Assembly: GCF_009914755.1 (NCBI RefSeq)
Contig: NC_060932.1
Origin: the human T2T-CHM13v2.0 reference genome, Homo sapiens
Length of the DNA: 64,000 nucleotides
Strand: one strand, 5' to 3'
Below, piece after piece: positions 30,847 to 47,371 of the stretch. Position numbers and translations under genes: made by a program. Each line of letters starts with the position of its first letter. Position 1 is the stretch's first letter. The notes under the pieces were generated by a model that saw only the letters and a program-made list of their open reading frames with translations, had not been told where the DNA came from and did not search any database.

Positions 30847-31134
30847 CCCTTCAGTGCCTTCTGAAGTAATGTTTGTTGATCCTAATACCGCCTAAATTTC
30901 TGACGGTGGTTCTAGAAGTGCTTTCCCAAAATGTTTGAGTAATGGCCACACTGAGAGAACAGGTAGAATTAGCCTCCAAAGGCAATTCATATAATTACTT
31001 CTCTCACACTTCAAGATATGGTCTGGTTCAAAATTTATGTATCAAAGTATAAATTCATCAAAATGTCAAACAATGACCCACTCTAGGTGGCTTCCTTTGA
31101 GACCAGTAGGAAGGATAAAATATAGACCAGTCCT

Positions 31135-31487
31135 TATTTATTTATTTATTTTTAATTTTTTTTTTTTTTGAGACAGAGTCTCACTCTGTTGCCCCAGCTG
31201 GAGGACAGTGATGTAATCATGGCTGTCACTGCAGCCACAACCTCCTGGGCGCAAGCAATCCTCCCACCTGAACCTTGCAAGTAGCTGGGACTACAGGCGC
31301 ACACCATCATACCTGGCTAGTTTTTTTTTTTTTGTTGTTGTTGTTTTGTAGTTTTTTTTATAGTTTTTTTTTGTAGAAATGACATTTCACCACATTGCCC
31401 AGGCTGGTCTCAAACTCCTCCCACTCAAGTGATCCTCCTGCCTTGGCCTTTCAAAGTGCTGGGATTATGGGCGTGAGCTGCCCAGCC
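31135..31487 (-). mobile_element. Alu (AluJ-type) with an expanded linker
   Basis: Antisense J-type Alu; TSD accagtccttattt/acaagtctttattt. Confidence 0.92.
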
Positions 31488-31785
31488 AACAAGTCTTTAT
31501 TTAAATGAGAGATATAAAAAGTCCCAATTTGCCCCATGTTTCCACATGCTTTTCTTCTTCATCCTCTCAAACCATACTCCATAAATATTTGTAAAAATGA
31601 TTTGATTTTGGTCTGTCACCAAGGATACACTCCTCACCCTAAGGGGTTATGACAACAGGGAAATACTCATCTCATTTTTGTGATGGGCTGATTAGAGCCA
31701 GAAACCTTCTGATTTCCTTGATCTAAATATTTTTCCCTCTTGTAGCTTCAAAAAAAAAAATGCTAGCAAATGCACAGTCCATGTC

Positions 31786-31958
31786 CTTGGTATTCAAAGT
31801 GTGCTCCCTGAATCAGCAGCAGCAGAATCACCTGGGAGTGTGACGGAAATGCAGTGTCCTGGGGACCCATCTGTGCTGGACTTGCTGAATCAGAACCTAC
31901 ATTTGACAGGATCCCAAGCAATTCCCATGCACATTGGAGTTTGGGAAGTGCCGTTCTA
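31786..31958. mobile_element. MER5-family hAT relic
   Basis: ttcaaagtgtgctccc ... cagcagaatcacctgggag ... gcacattggagtttgggaag. Confidence 0.8.
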
Positions 31959-33023
31959 TGCTGTGAGTTTAAAAGACAGCAAATGATTTTTTAAAACATT
32001 ACTAGTCTTAATGCACTTTTTGTTTTGTACGAAATAATGAACTGTCCTCTGATTCTCTGTTCTTATCTACAAAAAGAAATGACTGTCTATTCTCCCCAGG
32101 TTATTGTAAGAGTTAACGCTCAATGCCTAGCTCAAAGCCTGGAACGTTAAAGCTGCCCAAACTTCCATTTATTTACCCTCCAAACATCACTTCCTTCCTC
32201 TAGCTCTTTCTTCCTATAAGTAAAGTTCTTTCTTGCTTTTAGGGTTTAAAAAGGTAAGAGAAGGTAAAGGAATAGCATTTCAGAGAAAAGGAAGAAAGCA
32301 ATAAATACAGGGAACAGAGTCAAATGACAGGAAACTCTAGATCACCTTAGAGAATAAACTCTTAAAGTCAGCAGTCTGTACACAGAGAAGCTCTGGTTTG
32401 GTCATCCTTCAGGTAGCAGGTGCAACAGTTAGTTGTAGAAACATGGATGTGGTTATCTAATTCTGAGAAGACTCAGGACTTCTTCACTGCAAAGCTCAGC
32501 AGAGAAATCTATGTCAACAGAGACATCTGTAATGCTTGACACATCCCAGGCAAATGCCGGAACGCCTCTGTTCCTATAAGATCTCCCATGCCTCCCTACC
32601 CAGAGCACAGAAGGTCCTTATCACTCTTGGTCTATTCTAATCAGCAGCTTTCAGGTTATCTCCCATCTGCCATGCTAAGTTGCTTGAGGCTAAGGAGAGT
32701 AGCTTAATCATCTTTACACTCTCCATAGCACTGCAAGATCTAGTAGACAACGGGAGCTCAATCACTGGTTGTGTGAGTGTCCTGAGCTGTTATTCTCTCT
32801 GAAGCAATTGCCCTATTTGTAGATGGAATCAACTATATTTTATGGCTCCCGGATTCCCAATTTTATTGGATTGCTCTCATGCCTTCCATCTAGTTGCTAA
32901 ACAAAACAACAAGAAAGCCTACCTACCTCAATATTCTCATTTAGGCCAAATAAACTGCCCTGTTACATACACCAAGCACCTGAACGAGTCTTTAAGGAAG
33001 AACACTCAGCTCTCTAACATTAA

Positions 33024-33511
<488 letters not shown>

Positions 33512-36084
33512 TGAGACTCTAAATACTAGGAAAATGTAACAGAGGTCATTAACTGAGGGAGCTTACCTCCAAAACATTTTCCAAAGGGCAGAGAACATAA
33601 CATGATCATTCTGACAGCTGTGGCAAATGTGGGTTTATTTGCCTGACTGCCTCTATGATCACTGAGGCCTCATACTCCTGCTCAGGAAATGTACCCAGCT
33701 GTCCACTTAGAGGCACAGCTGACCAAGAGTCTCAAAGTCTTCCTTGACAATCCGAAAGTACCTAAGCACCCATCGCCATTGGAGAGGGTGCCCTTGAAGG
33801 GTAACCACTTTACATTTGGCACAAGGACTTCTTGGCCCCATCGGGACCTTGCACGATGACCTTTGATCCTCTGCAGAGGAACCAACAGTCAGCATTTGCT
33901 GCGGGCAAGGAGCCAATAGCAACTGACTCTGCCGAAATTATCCTCTCCCAGGTCTTACTTATTAAATTCAGAAGTGTCCAGCTCTGAACTAAGAGGGGAT
34001 TTTCCTCTGGCATCCATAAAGATGGCTACGGAAGGAATTAATTTTCAATCTTTTGCTGTGTGCCCTATATCTTACATGTTCCCTTATTTAATAGCATGAT
34101 CACCCAGGGAGTTGGACGTGTACCCTAAAAGATGAGGAAACGCAGCCCTGCCTAAGACCACAAAAGAAGCACCTGGCTCCAGAACTGTCAGATCCTGAAG
34201 CATCCGTGTTGGTTCATGCTTTTCTAGAGCCATCCTACTCCCTCAATATGAAGAGCTCAAATAAGATGGCTAGACTTTAAAGTGAACTTATTTATTCATT
34301 CAACCTTATTCGGTGAAAGGGACCAGGAAAATGGAGTGGTAACTAGAGAGGGAGACAGAGTCAGGGGAGTTTTGGGATGGTGACATTAAAGTGATGCACA
34401 CTCATGGCCAATCTAGAGTGAGGAATATACAGGAGAGAAACCTGAGCAGCATGGGGTGGGGGCTGAGACCCCAGAAGGCCCTTCTCCCACAGGAAAGGGG
34501 AAGCCAGACCCACGGCTCCAACATGGGCAGGCTGGTGGTAAGCTGGGTATCTGGTGTTGGGAAGATGGGTGCTGAACACTTGCAGAAAGCAGGAGGGAGG
34601 GGGTTAGATCACTCGCAAAACCTTGGCCTTGGCCCAGCTGCTGTTTCATGCTGGGGCCTACAGGAAGGAAACAGGTGGTCACCTCCTCCGTTCACACCCT
34701 AGAAGGGGTGGAATTTATGTGTCACATTTGGGTCTCAGATTCTCCCCCCAAAGCAGCATGCTTCCGACGGGTGTCTAAGTGAGGGGGGGTAATCTTCCCC
34801 CACAAGCTAAACAGCTGTTTTTTGTGGTTATATTTTGGATGTATACACTTGCTCATTCGTTCATTCTGTGCAAACGTTTACTGAGCCCAGGTGTAAAAGT
34901 TGCTATGGGAACATGAAAATAAATCAGGCTGAACTTGCCCTCAAAGAACATATCCTCTTATAGAAGACTTACACACAAGTTAGATAAATTAAGGAGGTTA
35001 AGCAGGGTTTGGCAGTTTAGGGGGAGTAGATTAATTCCAGCTGGGAGCAGCGTAGTACTTCCCAAACTTTAATGTATAGAAGAATCACCTGAGACATTTC
35101 CCCTATGGGGTCTCTTTCTCCCCATAAAATTCTGTTATTCCTGGATCTTTTTAGAGCAGAAGACAATGACTTTGCTGATGGTATAGTCCTATGAGTTGAA
35201 GAATGTGGCCTTTAACAATAAATCTAACAAAGATGTTAATCAGAATTATTTCACCTTATCACAGAGATCCAAGGAAATTTCAAATTTCACAACTACAAAA
35301 GGCTTAAAGTCAGGAAACTGCAGTTCAATTGTTAAGCGTCTCTCTCTTCAACCCATGGAGCTAAGAAGGTACACATCAGTGTTTGTGATCAAATCCACTA
35401 CCCCAAACTGGGCCTATCTTAGAGTTTAGTAATGTTGATAAGTGGTGCTTCAAAGGAAGCCCACATCATCCTAAAATAAGCTGGGAATGAGAAAAGTCCC
35501 AGCTGAAACAGGAAGGGGATCACACACAGACATTCCATTTCCAAATTTCCTTCCCCGGCGGAGATCCGTGCCCTTCGGTACAGTGTCAGGAAACCGGAGG
35601 GTCTGTGATGAGATAAGCAGACACCTGCTCTCCCCACATTCTTGGAGCTACTCAGTTCTCCCCGGAGAATAGAAATGGGCCACAGAGCTCATTACCACCA
35701 TTCAAGCATGAAGCTGAAATATCTCCCATTTAATAACCTAGGGGTCTTCAGAGTAACACCCATCACAGACGCATTTCCCACCTCTTTGTCCAGGATGCAG
35801 GAGGGTAACAAGGGCCCTGAGGCCACAAAAGAATGAGGAGCAGAGGAGGAGGCTTTTCTTAATCACTAGTAATTATCACTATCATGTTACAAGCAAACAA
35901 ATATCATTTTGGAAATCCAGAACAATCTCCATGAGGTAAAGAATTTTAACTAACTGGGCGGGCCAGTTTGAATTCATCAAAAGGCTGAACTGGCAAGCAC
36001 TTACTACACATTGTCACAACAAAAAAGTAATTTTATTTTTTCAAATGCGTATGTAGCAAGGGGCTAAATTAAAAAGGTATTGGC

Positions 36085-36391
<307 letters not shown>

Positions 36392-36512
36392 TTAATAAGA
36401 TGTAAAATTATCACAACAAAACAAAAATTTAAGTGGTTCCTATAAAGTGCTATAAGAATATATTCTATTAAATACACTATTATATCTTTCTGATGGTATT
36501 ACCTTACTTAGA

Positions 36513-36797
36513 TTTTTTTTTTCCCTGAGACAGGGTCTTGTTCTATGTCACTCAGGCTGGAGTGCAGTAGCACTATCTTGGCTCACTCCCGTATTCAAGT
36601 GATTCTCGTGCCTCAGCCTCCGGAGTAGCTGGGATTACAGGCTGTGCCACCATGCCCAGCTAATTTTTTGTATTTTTAGTAGAGATGGGGTTTTTCCATG
36701 TTGCCCAGGCTGGTTTTGAACTCCTGACCTCAAGTGATCTGCCTGCTTCGACCTCCCAAAGTGCTGGGATTACAGGCGTGAGCCACCGCGCCCAGCC
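36513..36797 (-). mobile_element. Alu with a small right-arm deletion
   Basis: Antisense Alu consensus; gctcactcccgtattcaag lacks about 15 nt. Confidence 0.93.
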
Positions 36798-36920
36798 CCA
36801 GATTTCTTTTCTATGTAGTGCTATGACTATTACTAACTAAATGTTCATCATCTGCAAAGCCTAACCTTTCGTTCAATTTCTTGCCCCAATAGCTAATAAT
36901 CATAATAGTGAATAAGGTAA

Positions 36921-37021
36921 ACATTATAAGTAGGCAGAACAATATAAACAGTTTATGACATTTGGCTGACATTATAAGTAGGCAGAACAATATAAACAGT
37001 TTATGACTTGTGGCTGACATT
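36921..37021. repeat. 48-bp tandem duplication
   Basis: acattataagtaggcagaacaatataaacagtttatgac(a/t)t(t/g)tggctg repeated at 36921 and 36969. Confidence 0.95.
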
Positions 37022-37571
37022 TAACGAGCACCTACTATGTGAAAGGTGCTTTCATCCAGACTATAGGTATTTATTCCCTGGATCCTCCCCAGCTGCAGTG
37101 CTGGACAGTTGTCCATCTCATTTTACATTTTACAGAGGAGGAAACTGAATGTCTGGCCTCCCCTAGGCCTCACCAGCTGGTAGATGGGTCAAGCTGGGAT
37201 ACAAACCCAGCCTTCTTGATTACCCTACCCACTGTTATTTCACTGAGCCAAGGCTGAGAAACGCAGTCACTCTGGTTCTACGGAAGAGCTGCCTTCTCTG
37301 ATGTGATGGTTGTTCGATTATTTTAAAAAGTCGGGGTAGGAAAGGACTAAAAAATTATACGCACACACCTTAAACAATTTACTGGAACGGAAAACATTCA
37401 TTCCTCAATCTTGTGAAGGGCCAAGGCCTTCTCTTTAGAGTGGGGATCTGCTGACTAGAGTTCTGTGGTCTTTCCGGCAACAACCACACCCCATCCACAC
37501 ACCCTGCAATGTCAGATTTCAGGTTCCTTCAAGGAGAGTTTCACTACTTACAAAGTAGAAAATCCTTCTAG

Positions 37572-37875
<304 letters not shown>

Positions 37876-39615
37876 TCAACCCTTCTAGATTTTACCTACA
37901 CCATCCCCTCTTTATTTATACTGATTGTCTCAACCACACCTTAAACAACAGGAATTTCTTTATAAGTTGTTTTGCAACTCTTTCCAAAACACATAACTTA
38001 CTTTTCAAAAAAACGAGTTCTCTTTTCACACTAATATGTCATCCGTGTATGTACTATTTTGGTTACATAATTACAAAAGCAAGTACATGTGGCAAAAAAA
38101 AAAAAACAAGTCTGGGGGAAAACCCGCAACTGATCAGTAAGCACAGAGCTCATCTGGGGGAGGGGACATGGCAGGGGACAAGGAAGAGAGCCATCACAGC
38201 CCCCAGTGCCCTGATGGGTCAAATGGACCAGGGGAATGGAAGACCACAGTCACTTTGGCCAGCAGGCCCAGTGCAGGCTGGTTAAGAGAGCTCCCTCCAG
38301 ACCCCCCAATCCCCATATACCTGTGAGCAACTTGGGAAAACAGTGAACATTCCTATCAGAAAATAAAGCCGTGTTAGAGAAAAGAATAAAAGGATTGAGA
38401 CACAATTAAGATGGGTTCAAATAACCACAAGTCTTTTCTAGTCCCAGGGTCTCTCTGAGCCTCAATTCCTTTGTTTGAAACGTACAGTTAAAACAAGATT
38501 CCTTGTGCAGTTGCTGCAGGAATTAAATAAGAACATATGGAAAGTGCCCAGCCCAGGCCTTGGAACACAGAAATTACTCAATAAACGGGCTCTTTACCTG
38601 ATTTATCGTGGTATCTCTCTCCCACAGTGCCTAGCAACATGCTGTGAAGTAAGAAGCTCTGATGGCTGGACAGAAAGACGGACAGATGGTCTGATGTCAG
38701 AACTGTAAAAATCCTTCAGTTTATCACCTTGCTTGGCTCAAATGGCCCCCCTAAAACAAATCAAGTATCTGTAGCTGGAGTCAGAGTGTTCCCCACCTGA
38801 AAATAAATTCTAATTTTACCAATAAGCATGGAGAGACCAGAGTAGGAATAAAAGGAAGAGATAAACAGAAGAGAATTTAAAAAGTATCAGACCCAGATGT
38901 TAAACAAAAAACTGGCTCACTGGCAGATAAATCTTTTTTCCCCTCTTCCCGCCAATTGTGGTTATTAAGAATGAGGACACATTAGAATAAGTGTGATTTT
39001 TTTTTCAAGGCACAGAGAAATTTATAGACAGCTAAATCCAGCAAAAAGATAAATCATTTACCCTTAGTTTTCAGTAAATAGAAAGTCTCCAAAAGTTGAA
39101 AGGAAAACAGTTCCAGAATAACCACCATGTGGTTTTGGTTTCAAGTATTTAGCATTTCATAACAGGCGCAGTTCACTGAGAAGATATTTAAACTCTGAAA
39201 CGAGGCAGGTGCAGAATACATGCTTTCAATTGTGGATGTGATAGGAATGGAAAGTAGGCAGAAATTGAAGGCTTTTTTTAATTTAACGAATCAATCAGCA
39301 GATAAAGCTTTCACTCACTGTAAATTTTCTGTTTACAAAAGCTCCACATGCTAAGATGACACACCCAAAGACTAGGGAGGGGACACTATACTGTGGAAAG
39401 AAAAACATCTCCATTTTCAACAGAAGGAGCCCAAAGTCAGCCTACCCTTTGAAGTTTCAGTTAGCTCCCATCTTCCTGCCAATCACCCACCTTAAGTCCA
39501 AGGAGGCTTTACAATTATTAGATCTCTAGGCATCTCCTTAGCTAGTAACATATTTATATTGATCCACCTAAGTTGGAAATATGAGTTGTTAAGACAGCCC
39601 CATGTTTCTTCTGGG

Positions 39616-39973
<358 letters not shown>

Positions 39974-40437
39974 TGAAACAGGAGCAATGAAACCTACTTG
40001 AGCCAGCCATTGTGAGAACTAACAATAACAGACTTAGCACATACAATAAGTTCTCAATCCATGGTAGCTGCTATTCTTCTTTTTCTCTGCATAATTAAGG
40101 GGGAAAACTGAGTATCTTTGATCAATAAAATTTGGCAGAGAGAAAAAAATTGGTAACCCCTAGTGTTAATAAGACTTCCAAAGAAGCATTTGGCAATACA
40201 ACAGAAGCCTACAAATGCTTACGGCCCTCACTCGGCAATCCCACATGAGGACTCCATCCTAGGGAAATAAGATATGCAAAAAGATGCACAGGAATGCCTT
40301 CTGCAGCATCATTTAGAATACTGGAACTCTACAAGCAAAAGATAACCAACAGTGGGGGAAATGGCCAAATAAACAGTTGTGTGTTCATAGGAGTTGTTCC
40401 TGCAGCCACGGAAAAATGATTACAATATGATCATTTA

Positions 40438-40756
<319 letters not shown>

Positions 40757-42123
40757 CCACGAAAATCTGTACTCAAAACTTTGGGATTTCATGTTATAAA
40801 TATATTTAAAATAGTATGTACCCATTGTGTCTATAAATATTAGGAGAAAAGTACAACAAAATACTACATTAGGTATTTCCAAATGGCAAAATTACAGGTA
40901 ACTTTTATATGTTGTCAGAGAATTGTTTGTATTTTTGAAATTCTGTGCAAGTAATTTATTTAAAGTCAGGAAAAAGTTATTAAAAAGTTTGTGGGTGTGG
41001 GTATGTGTCTGTGATGGAGAGGGACAAAGCACACTAAAGAGAAGCCAACTGGAAGCACGCCATTAATTGCTGATGCTTGAGTACAGAAAGAAGAGAAAGA
41101 ATAGGATTCCCTTTAGGCCCACGGTTTGAGTTACATTAAGCCTGTGGTCATTTCCTTTAAGACCTGGGAACATGGGCATTGCTCATTTTCATGTACTATT
41201 ATTTGTGCCAAAAGAAAAAAAAGAAAGCCTCCCAAACCTCAAACCACATTGAAATGCATGAGCAGCACATAATTCTGTAGCATTTTGGTTTCCTTGGCAA
41301 CCTTATCTCTGTCTTCTTTGATCTCAACCACAGATGAAAAAGTCTTGGTTCTCCAAAGTCCCTGAGATCAATTGCCAGCTAGACAGTAGCAGAACATGGT
41401 AGAATGCTCATTCTCTAAGAAAGAATTTCTAATTAATGAGTTTCTTCACACCAAGCTCATTCCACAATGGATTTTAGAGAACAGATTCTTGATGCATTTA
41501 CCATTTGAGTTCTGAGCTGTCTGATTTTCATATTACCACAATTTAATTTTAGCATCACGTAAACATAATTAATCTTTTCACCAAGTGAATGAAACAAGGA
41601 AATTACATTTAAGCCTCCAATTTTGCTAAATAGTACTGGTGTCTAAATATTTACCTGCTCTCTCCACTTCAGGTCCCTTGAGCAGGACGTGGTGGGGTTT
41701 CCAGGCCTAAATCTAACCTGCAAATGTCAAACTGGAAAACACTGCTACAGAGGCTGTGAGCAAAGCCCTGAGGTCTGAATACTATTGGCAGAATGTTATG
41801 AAGAAATCAGGAGATAATTCCAAATGGACATGGAGAAACCTAAGTCATCCGATTATGATTCAGTAAGTATAAGAGGGCTTAAAACATTTTATGGAATTTG
41901 TGTCCACCCCTTAAGTCATTTTTCTAAGAAAATGTCTAGCTGGATAAACTGAATGAAATTAGGTATGTCATACACAGATTCATTGAGCCATAAACGTTTA
42001 CTGGGGGCCTACTATATATGTGGCATTGATAGGTCTTGAGGCCCAAATGTAGAGGAGGACATTTCTGTTCAAACACCTGAACCAGAGACCCTCTCAAAAT
42101 AGTGCATCAAAAATGCATTTTTC

Positions 42124-42438
42124 AGCCAGGTGCAGTGGCTCACACCTATAATCCCAGCACTTTGGGAGGCTGAGGTGAGAGGATCACTTGAGGCCAAGAG
42201 GTTGAGACTAGCCCGGAAAACATGGAGAGACCCTAGTCTCTACAAAAAACAAAAACAAAAACGAAAAAACGAAAAACAATTAGCCAGCATGGTGGCGTGC
42301 ACCTGTAGTCCTAGTAGCTACTCGGGAGGCTGAGGCGGGAGGACTGTTTGAGCCCAAGAGGTTGCAGTGAGCTATGATTGCGCTACTCATTCCAGCCTGG
42401 GCAACAGAGCAAGACCTTGTCACCAATTTTTAAAAGAA
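42124..42438 (+). mobile_element. Alu (AluJ-type)
   Basis: Diverged sense Alu. Confidence 0.9.
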
Positions 42439-43856
42439 AATACAATTTTCAATGTGTAGAAGAAAATATAAGGCTCCAATGAATGTTGGGTGGCTAGTCC
42501 CATCTTCACGATCCCTATCAATGGCAAAAATCTTAGGATAAACTCAAATTATTCTTCCCACGAGAATCCAAAGGACGCTGATTTGAGAACAGCTATGCGG
42601 ATATGTTTCCGCTGGGGTATCACAAGCTTAAAGCACACCAGTTTACCAAGCTTTTCTCTTTTTTCTGTTCTTTGAACTACTGTCCCCAAATCTCATTTTC
42701 TCGGTTGACGCTCAGCATGATTTTCAATTTTAAGCTCCAACCTTTGACTTAAACCCTTTATCATGCGTATCCAGAAAGCAAAAAGGATCATAAGCATCTT
42801 ACTATTTTGAGTACTCTAAGCTGTTAATGAAAGTATTTGCCCATGTTCCCAAAGAGACAAAACCCTCGCCCAGCTTCCTCGGCTTAAGTGGTGACAGCAA
42901 CAATCTTTGCTCTTTCAGGGCAAGAAGGTCTCTCACCCGATTTCAAAGAAACTATGATATCTTCCTTCAGAAGCTGCTCATGCAAATGAATTCTAGTTAT
43001 TCCTGCTGTATTTCTCCCCTCCTTTCCACTGTGAATGTCTATTTAGAAAAAAGTATGTAAAATAAAACACACTTTAAAAACACTTAATGGACAGTGAGGG
43101 TTTTAAAAAATTGTATTCAACTCATTTTTTAAAGGCATTCCTGGGCCACGCTGAAACCTCAACTTGTCTAGGCTCCTTTGGGAAACCAGGAATCAAATTC
43201 CTTTGTGTTTTCTTCTGTCCATCTCACTGGAATATTAGCAAGGCTGGGATTATAAATGGGATTATAAGCCTTAGTCTTTTATTTCAATGGCTGTGCCATC
43301 TCATCTTTAGCCAGTTACATACTGAACACTTCACAATCGGGAGAACATGTAATAATGAATATAACTGCCATCTAATCAGCATCTCTTGGTAAATAAATGA
43401 CCATAGAGTCATTTATTTACCATTCATTCATTTAAAAAATCTAAAAATATTTTCCTGGGTCACAAAGAATAACTGAGTCTTGCTGCTTCTCAAATTATCT
43501 TTAGATAAGGCATCTCTTACACTTCTACTGACTTTTAAAAGCAAGTTATATCCACAGTTTCATAATTTAGACAACTTGTAAGAAATGCAATAGCAAGATC
43601 CCTAGAAACTTAAACTATTACTGAGAAGACAGAAGAATTTGGAGGTGATGAAAGCAGGGTTTCTCAAGTGCTTTAAAAGACAAAATGCCCGTGAGTTTTA
43701 AACCACCCACAGAGAACAGAGCCATTAGAAAGCTACTGCTTAATATCTTGAAGGAAAATTTGTATCACCTATTTTTCACTAAATAAACATGTTGTATAAC
43801 CTGCAGCTAAAAGCTATTTTCCTCATGGTTAAAAAAAAAAAATCTGCACCATTACA

Positions 43857-44194
<338 letters not shown>

Positions 44195-44369
44195 TAAATA
44201 AAAGGAATTTACCTACATTTTCAAAAACTACTTCAAAGTACATTTTCATACTATTTATGTCTTATGTATGTGCTGAGTAATTCATGTTTGGATACATCTA
44301 GATTTAGAGTTTTTTTATGAAATACGATTCTTTTGGGTGGAATTTGTTAGATATCAAAGTTTCTTTTTT

Positions 44370-44610
44370 CCCCTTAGCTTTATTAAGGGTATAGCTGAGA
44401 AATTAAAATTGTTATGTGTTAACAGTATACATGCTATGTTTTGATGAATGTATATGTTGTAAAACGACTAAGATATTTTTTGTAGTGAGAGCATTTAAGA
44501 TCTAATCTCTTAGAGATTTTCAAGTCTTCTTATTAACCACAGTCACCATGCTATACAATAGATCTCCACAACTTATTCATCCTAAAACTTTGTACTTTTA
44601 GCTAACAACA
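44370..44610 (-). mobile_element. Old L1 3' end (L1MA-like), antisense
   Basis: ttttttgtagtgagagcatttaagatctaatctcttag ... gtcaccatgctatacaatagatctcc. Confidence 0.8.
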
Positions 44611-46137
44611 GTGTTTATCCTCAATAAAGCATGTTCTAATATAAAAAAAAAAGATGTGTGGCATGTTGAAATATTACTATTTCTTCCATCATGTTTTAGC
44701 TCATTTCAAAAGAATTAAATCATTTCTCACTTCTTCAATTGTTACAGCTCGTCAGCTATAAAAATAAGCAAGGCAATTCAAGTTCCTTGAAATACCTGAA
44801 TGACTATATAGACGTATCCTTGATAACAGGACACAGGATCAAGGTATAAGTCATGTGCATTAAAATCCAGAACTCTCTAAAATCAGAGGCCGAACAAGAA
44901 CCTCTGGAGCCACCTACAGGTCCCCATGGGCTGTGTGATCCAACCCATCACCAACAGTGGGGTCATGTCCTGAGAGAACTCAATCTTAAAAACAAATGTC
45001 TCCAATCAACCTAGCGTTTCAAGAGTAGCAAGGGGAATACAGTTTACCAGCAGGCCTAAAGCAGATTTAGCCTCTATAGCCTCTGCAATCCTATTTATGG
45101 TGGGCATGGACCATCAGCTTCTTTATTAATGTCTGAAATCAAGAGGTGGCAAGACTCACCCCATCCCAGCATTTCAAAGCCTTTTATTAACAGAGGAAAA
45201 AACTGGGGCAAAAGAATACCAAGGAGCTACCAGAGTTGCTCCAAAGATTATGAGTTGATGTTCAGAAGCAGATGAGTGATCCGGTGAAAGGGTTTGTTGT
45301 TACTATTACCTAGTGTTTTTGAATTTTTTTTTTTAACTATTTCAACACACCAACAATGGACTCTTTGGGTGCAGTTTAACTTTAGCTCTCTTCTGTTACA
45401 AAAGTTTTGGGTGGGCTACAAAATAAGGAGTTGCTTAAGAAAACCTCACATCCTCCAAGCAGCACCACATCAACAATGAATTTCGTCTCACTGGAAGCTC
45501 ACTTTGCCCTCTCTCCCCCAACTCCTCAGGCCCCCAAAGCAGCCCATCACAGCTCCTTAGTAGAGGGATAAAGCCAGCATTTGTAAAAGGGAGCCCTATT
45601 TCCCAGAGATATATTACCTTGGAAAGGCTTGGGGGTCTCCACATCAAAGTTGGTGGGAAGCACAGTGACTCCAAGAAAGTCCAGCCGTTTCCCTACTCTC
45701 TCCTCTCAGGCTCAGGATTATAGGAAGAGTCTTCATCCCAAATAGCAGCCCCCCCCCCCCCAGATACTGACCAGACGGTGTTCCAAGGAAAGGTAAGTGA
45801 GAAAATGTGAGAATCCAAGGCCGTGGGGACTGCTGTGAGATGGACACCACAAGGCCATCAGTACGCCATGATGAAAATGCCATCTTTATCCAATGCCCAC
45901 TGGGCCCAGGTCTGCACTCATCGAGTACTATGGGGTCCACCCGGGACTACCCTCAAGGAGCTCTACAACATCCAGCCTCTATGAGACATACTCCAAGTAG
46001 GAATGGATCCAGATTAATCTTCTCCAAAACAGAGAGTTTCCCTTTCTATCTGTTGTGGGCAACCTGCCATCCTTCATAAACTTTCCAAAAATAATAGTAT
46101 TAACAATAACCATTTCCATTTAGACCAAACCCTAAAT

Positions 46138-46353
46138 CAAGAGCTGGCAAACTATGGCAGCAGGCCAAATCCGGCCCACTGCCTGTTTCTGTAAGTAAAG
46201 TTTTATTGAAAGACAGCCAGGGCCATCTGTTTATCTATTATCTAGGGCTGCTTTTGCTCTACAATGGGAGTGTTGAGTGGTTGTGAGAGAGACGGTAGTC
46301 TGCAAAGCCTAAAATATTGACTGTGTGGCCTTTCACAGTAAAAGTTTTCCCTG
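46138..46353. mobile_element. MER58A-like hAT relic
   Basis: ggcaaactatggc ... ggccaaatccggcccactgcctgtttctgtaagtaaagttttattg ... aaagcctaaaatattgact. Confidence 0.85.
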
Positions 46354-46945
46354 TGTGGTACAAAGCATGGAAACCTCTAAGGAGAGGTGTCCATCATTAT
46401 CAGCAGGAAGCAGCCCTTCCCTGAACAAACCCCCAGCACAGAGCAGCGATGGAGTCGGGGGCGCTGAGATGGGAGCTATGCTTCCTGACCAGCTTTCGTG
46501 ACAATCACATGACCCTGGCGAGCCTTGGCACCTCTGGCTATACAATTCAGGCATCAATACCTACTTCACAAGGCTGTCTTGAGGGTCAGCCAAGACAGAG
46601 TACACAAAAAGCTCCCGGCACAGGCAAATTACTCCTCAAGGTGCTCCATTAATGGTAATGACCCTACTGACCACTGTTACTCAAGAAAGAACACAGGACT
46701 AATGTGAATCCCTGCAATACTCATCTTCAGTCATTAAGGTTCCTACTGCTATGACCTCGAAAAGATCATAGACTCAGCACGACAACCAAAAGAAAGGACG
46801 CAAGGCTCTCTCTGTGTTGAGTCATAGAAAGGCACAAGGTCAGGACTTAATGTTCTTGTGCTTGGGGAAAAACACTGAGCTGTTTCAGGTTGGAATCTTT
46901 CAATTATCAAACTTACGGCAGCCTCCTAGATATGGAAAAGACTAA

Positions 46946-47371
<426 letters not shown>

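Noticed and set aside
41673-41862. Possible plus-strand 190-nt exon (ttcag|G ... TCA|gtaagt)
   Set aside because: Splice signals are only moderate and there is no coding evidence; expected by chance in 64 kb.
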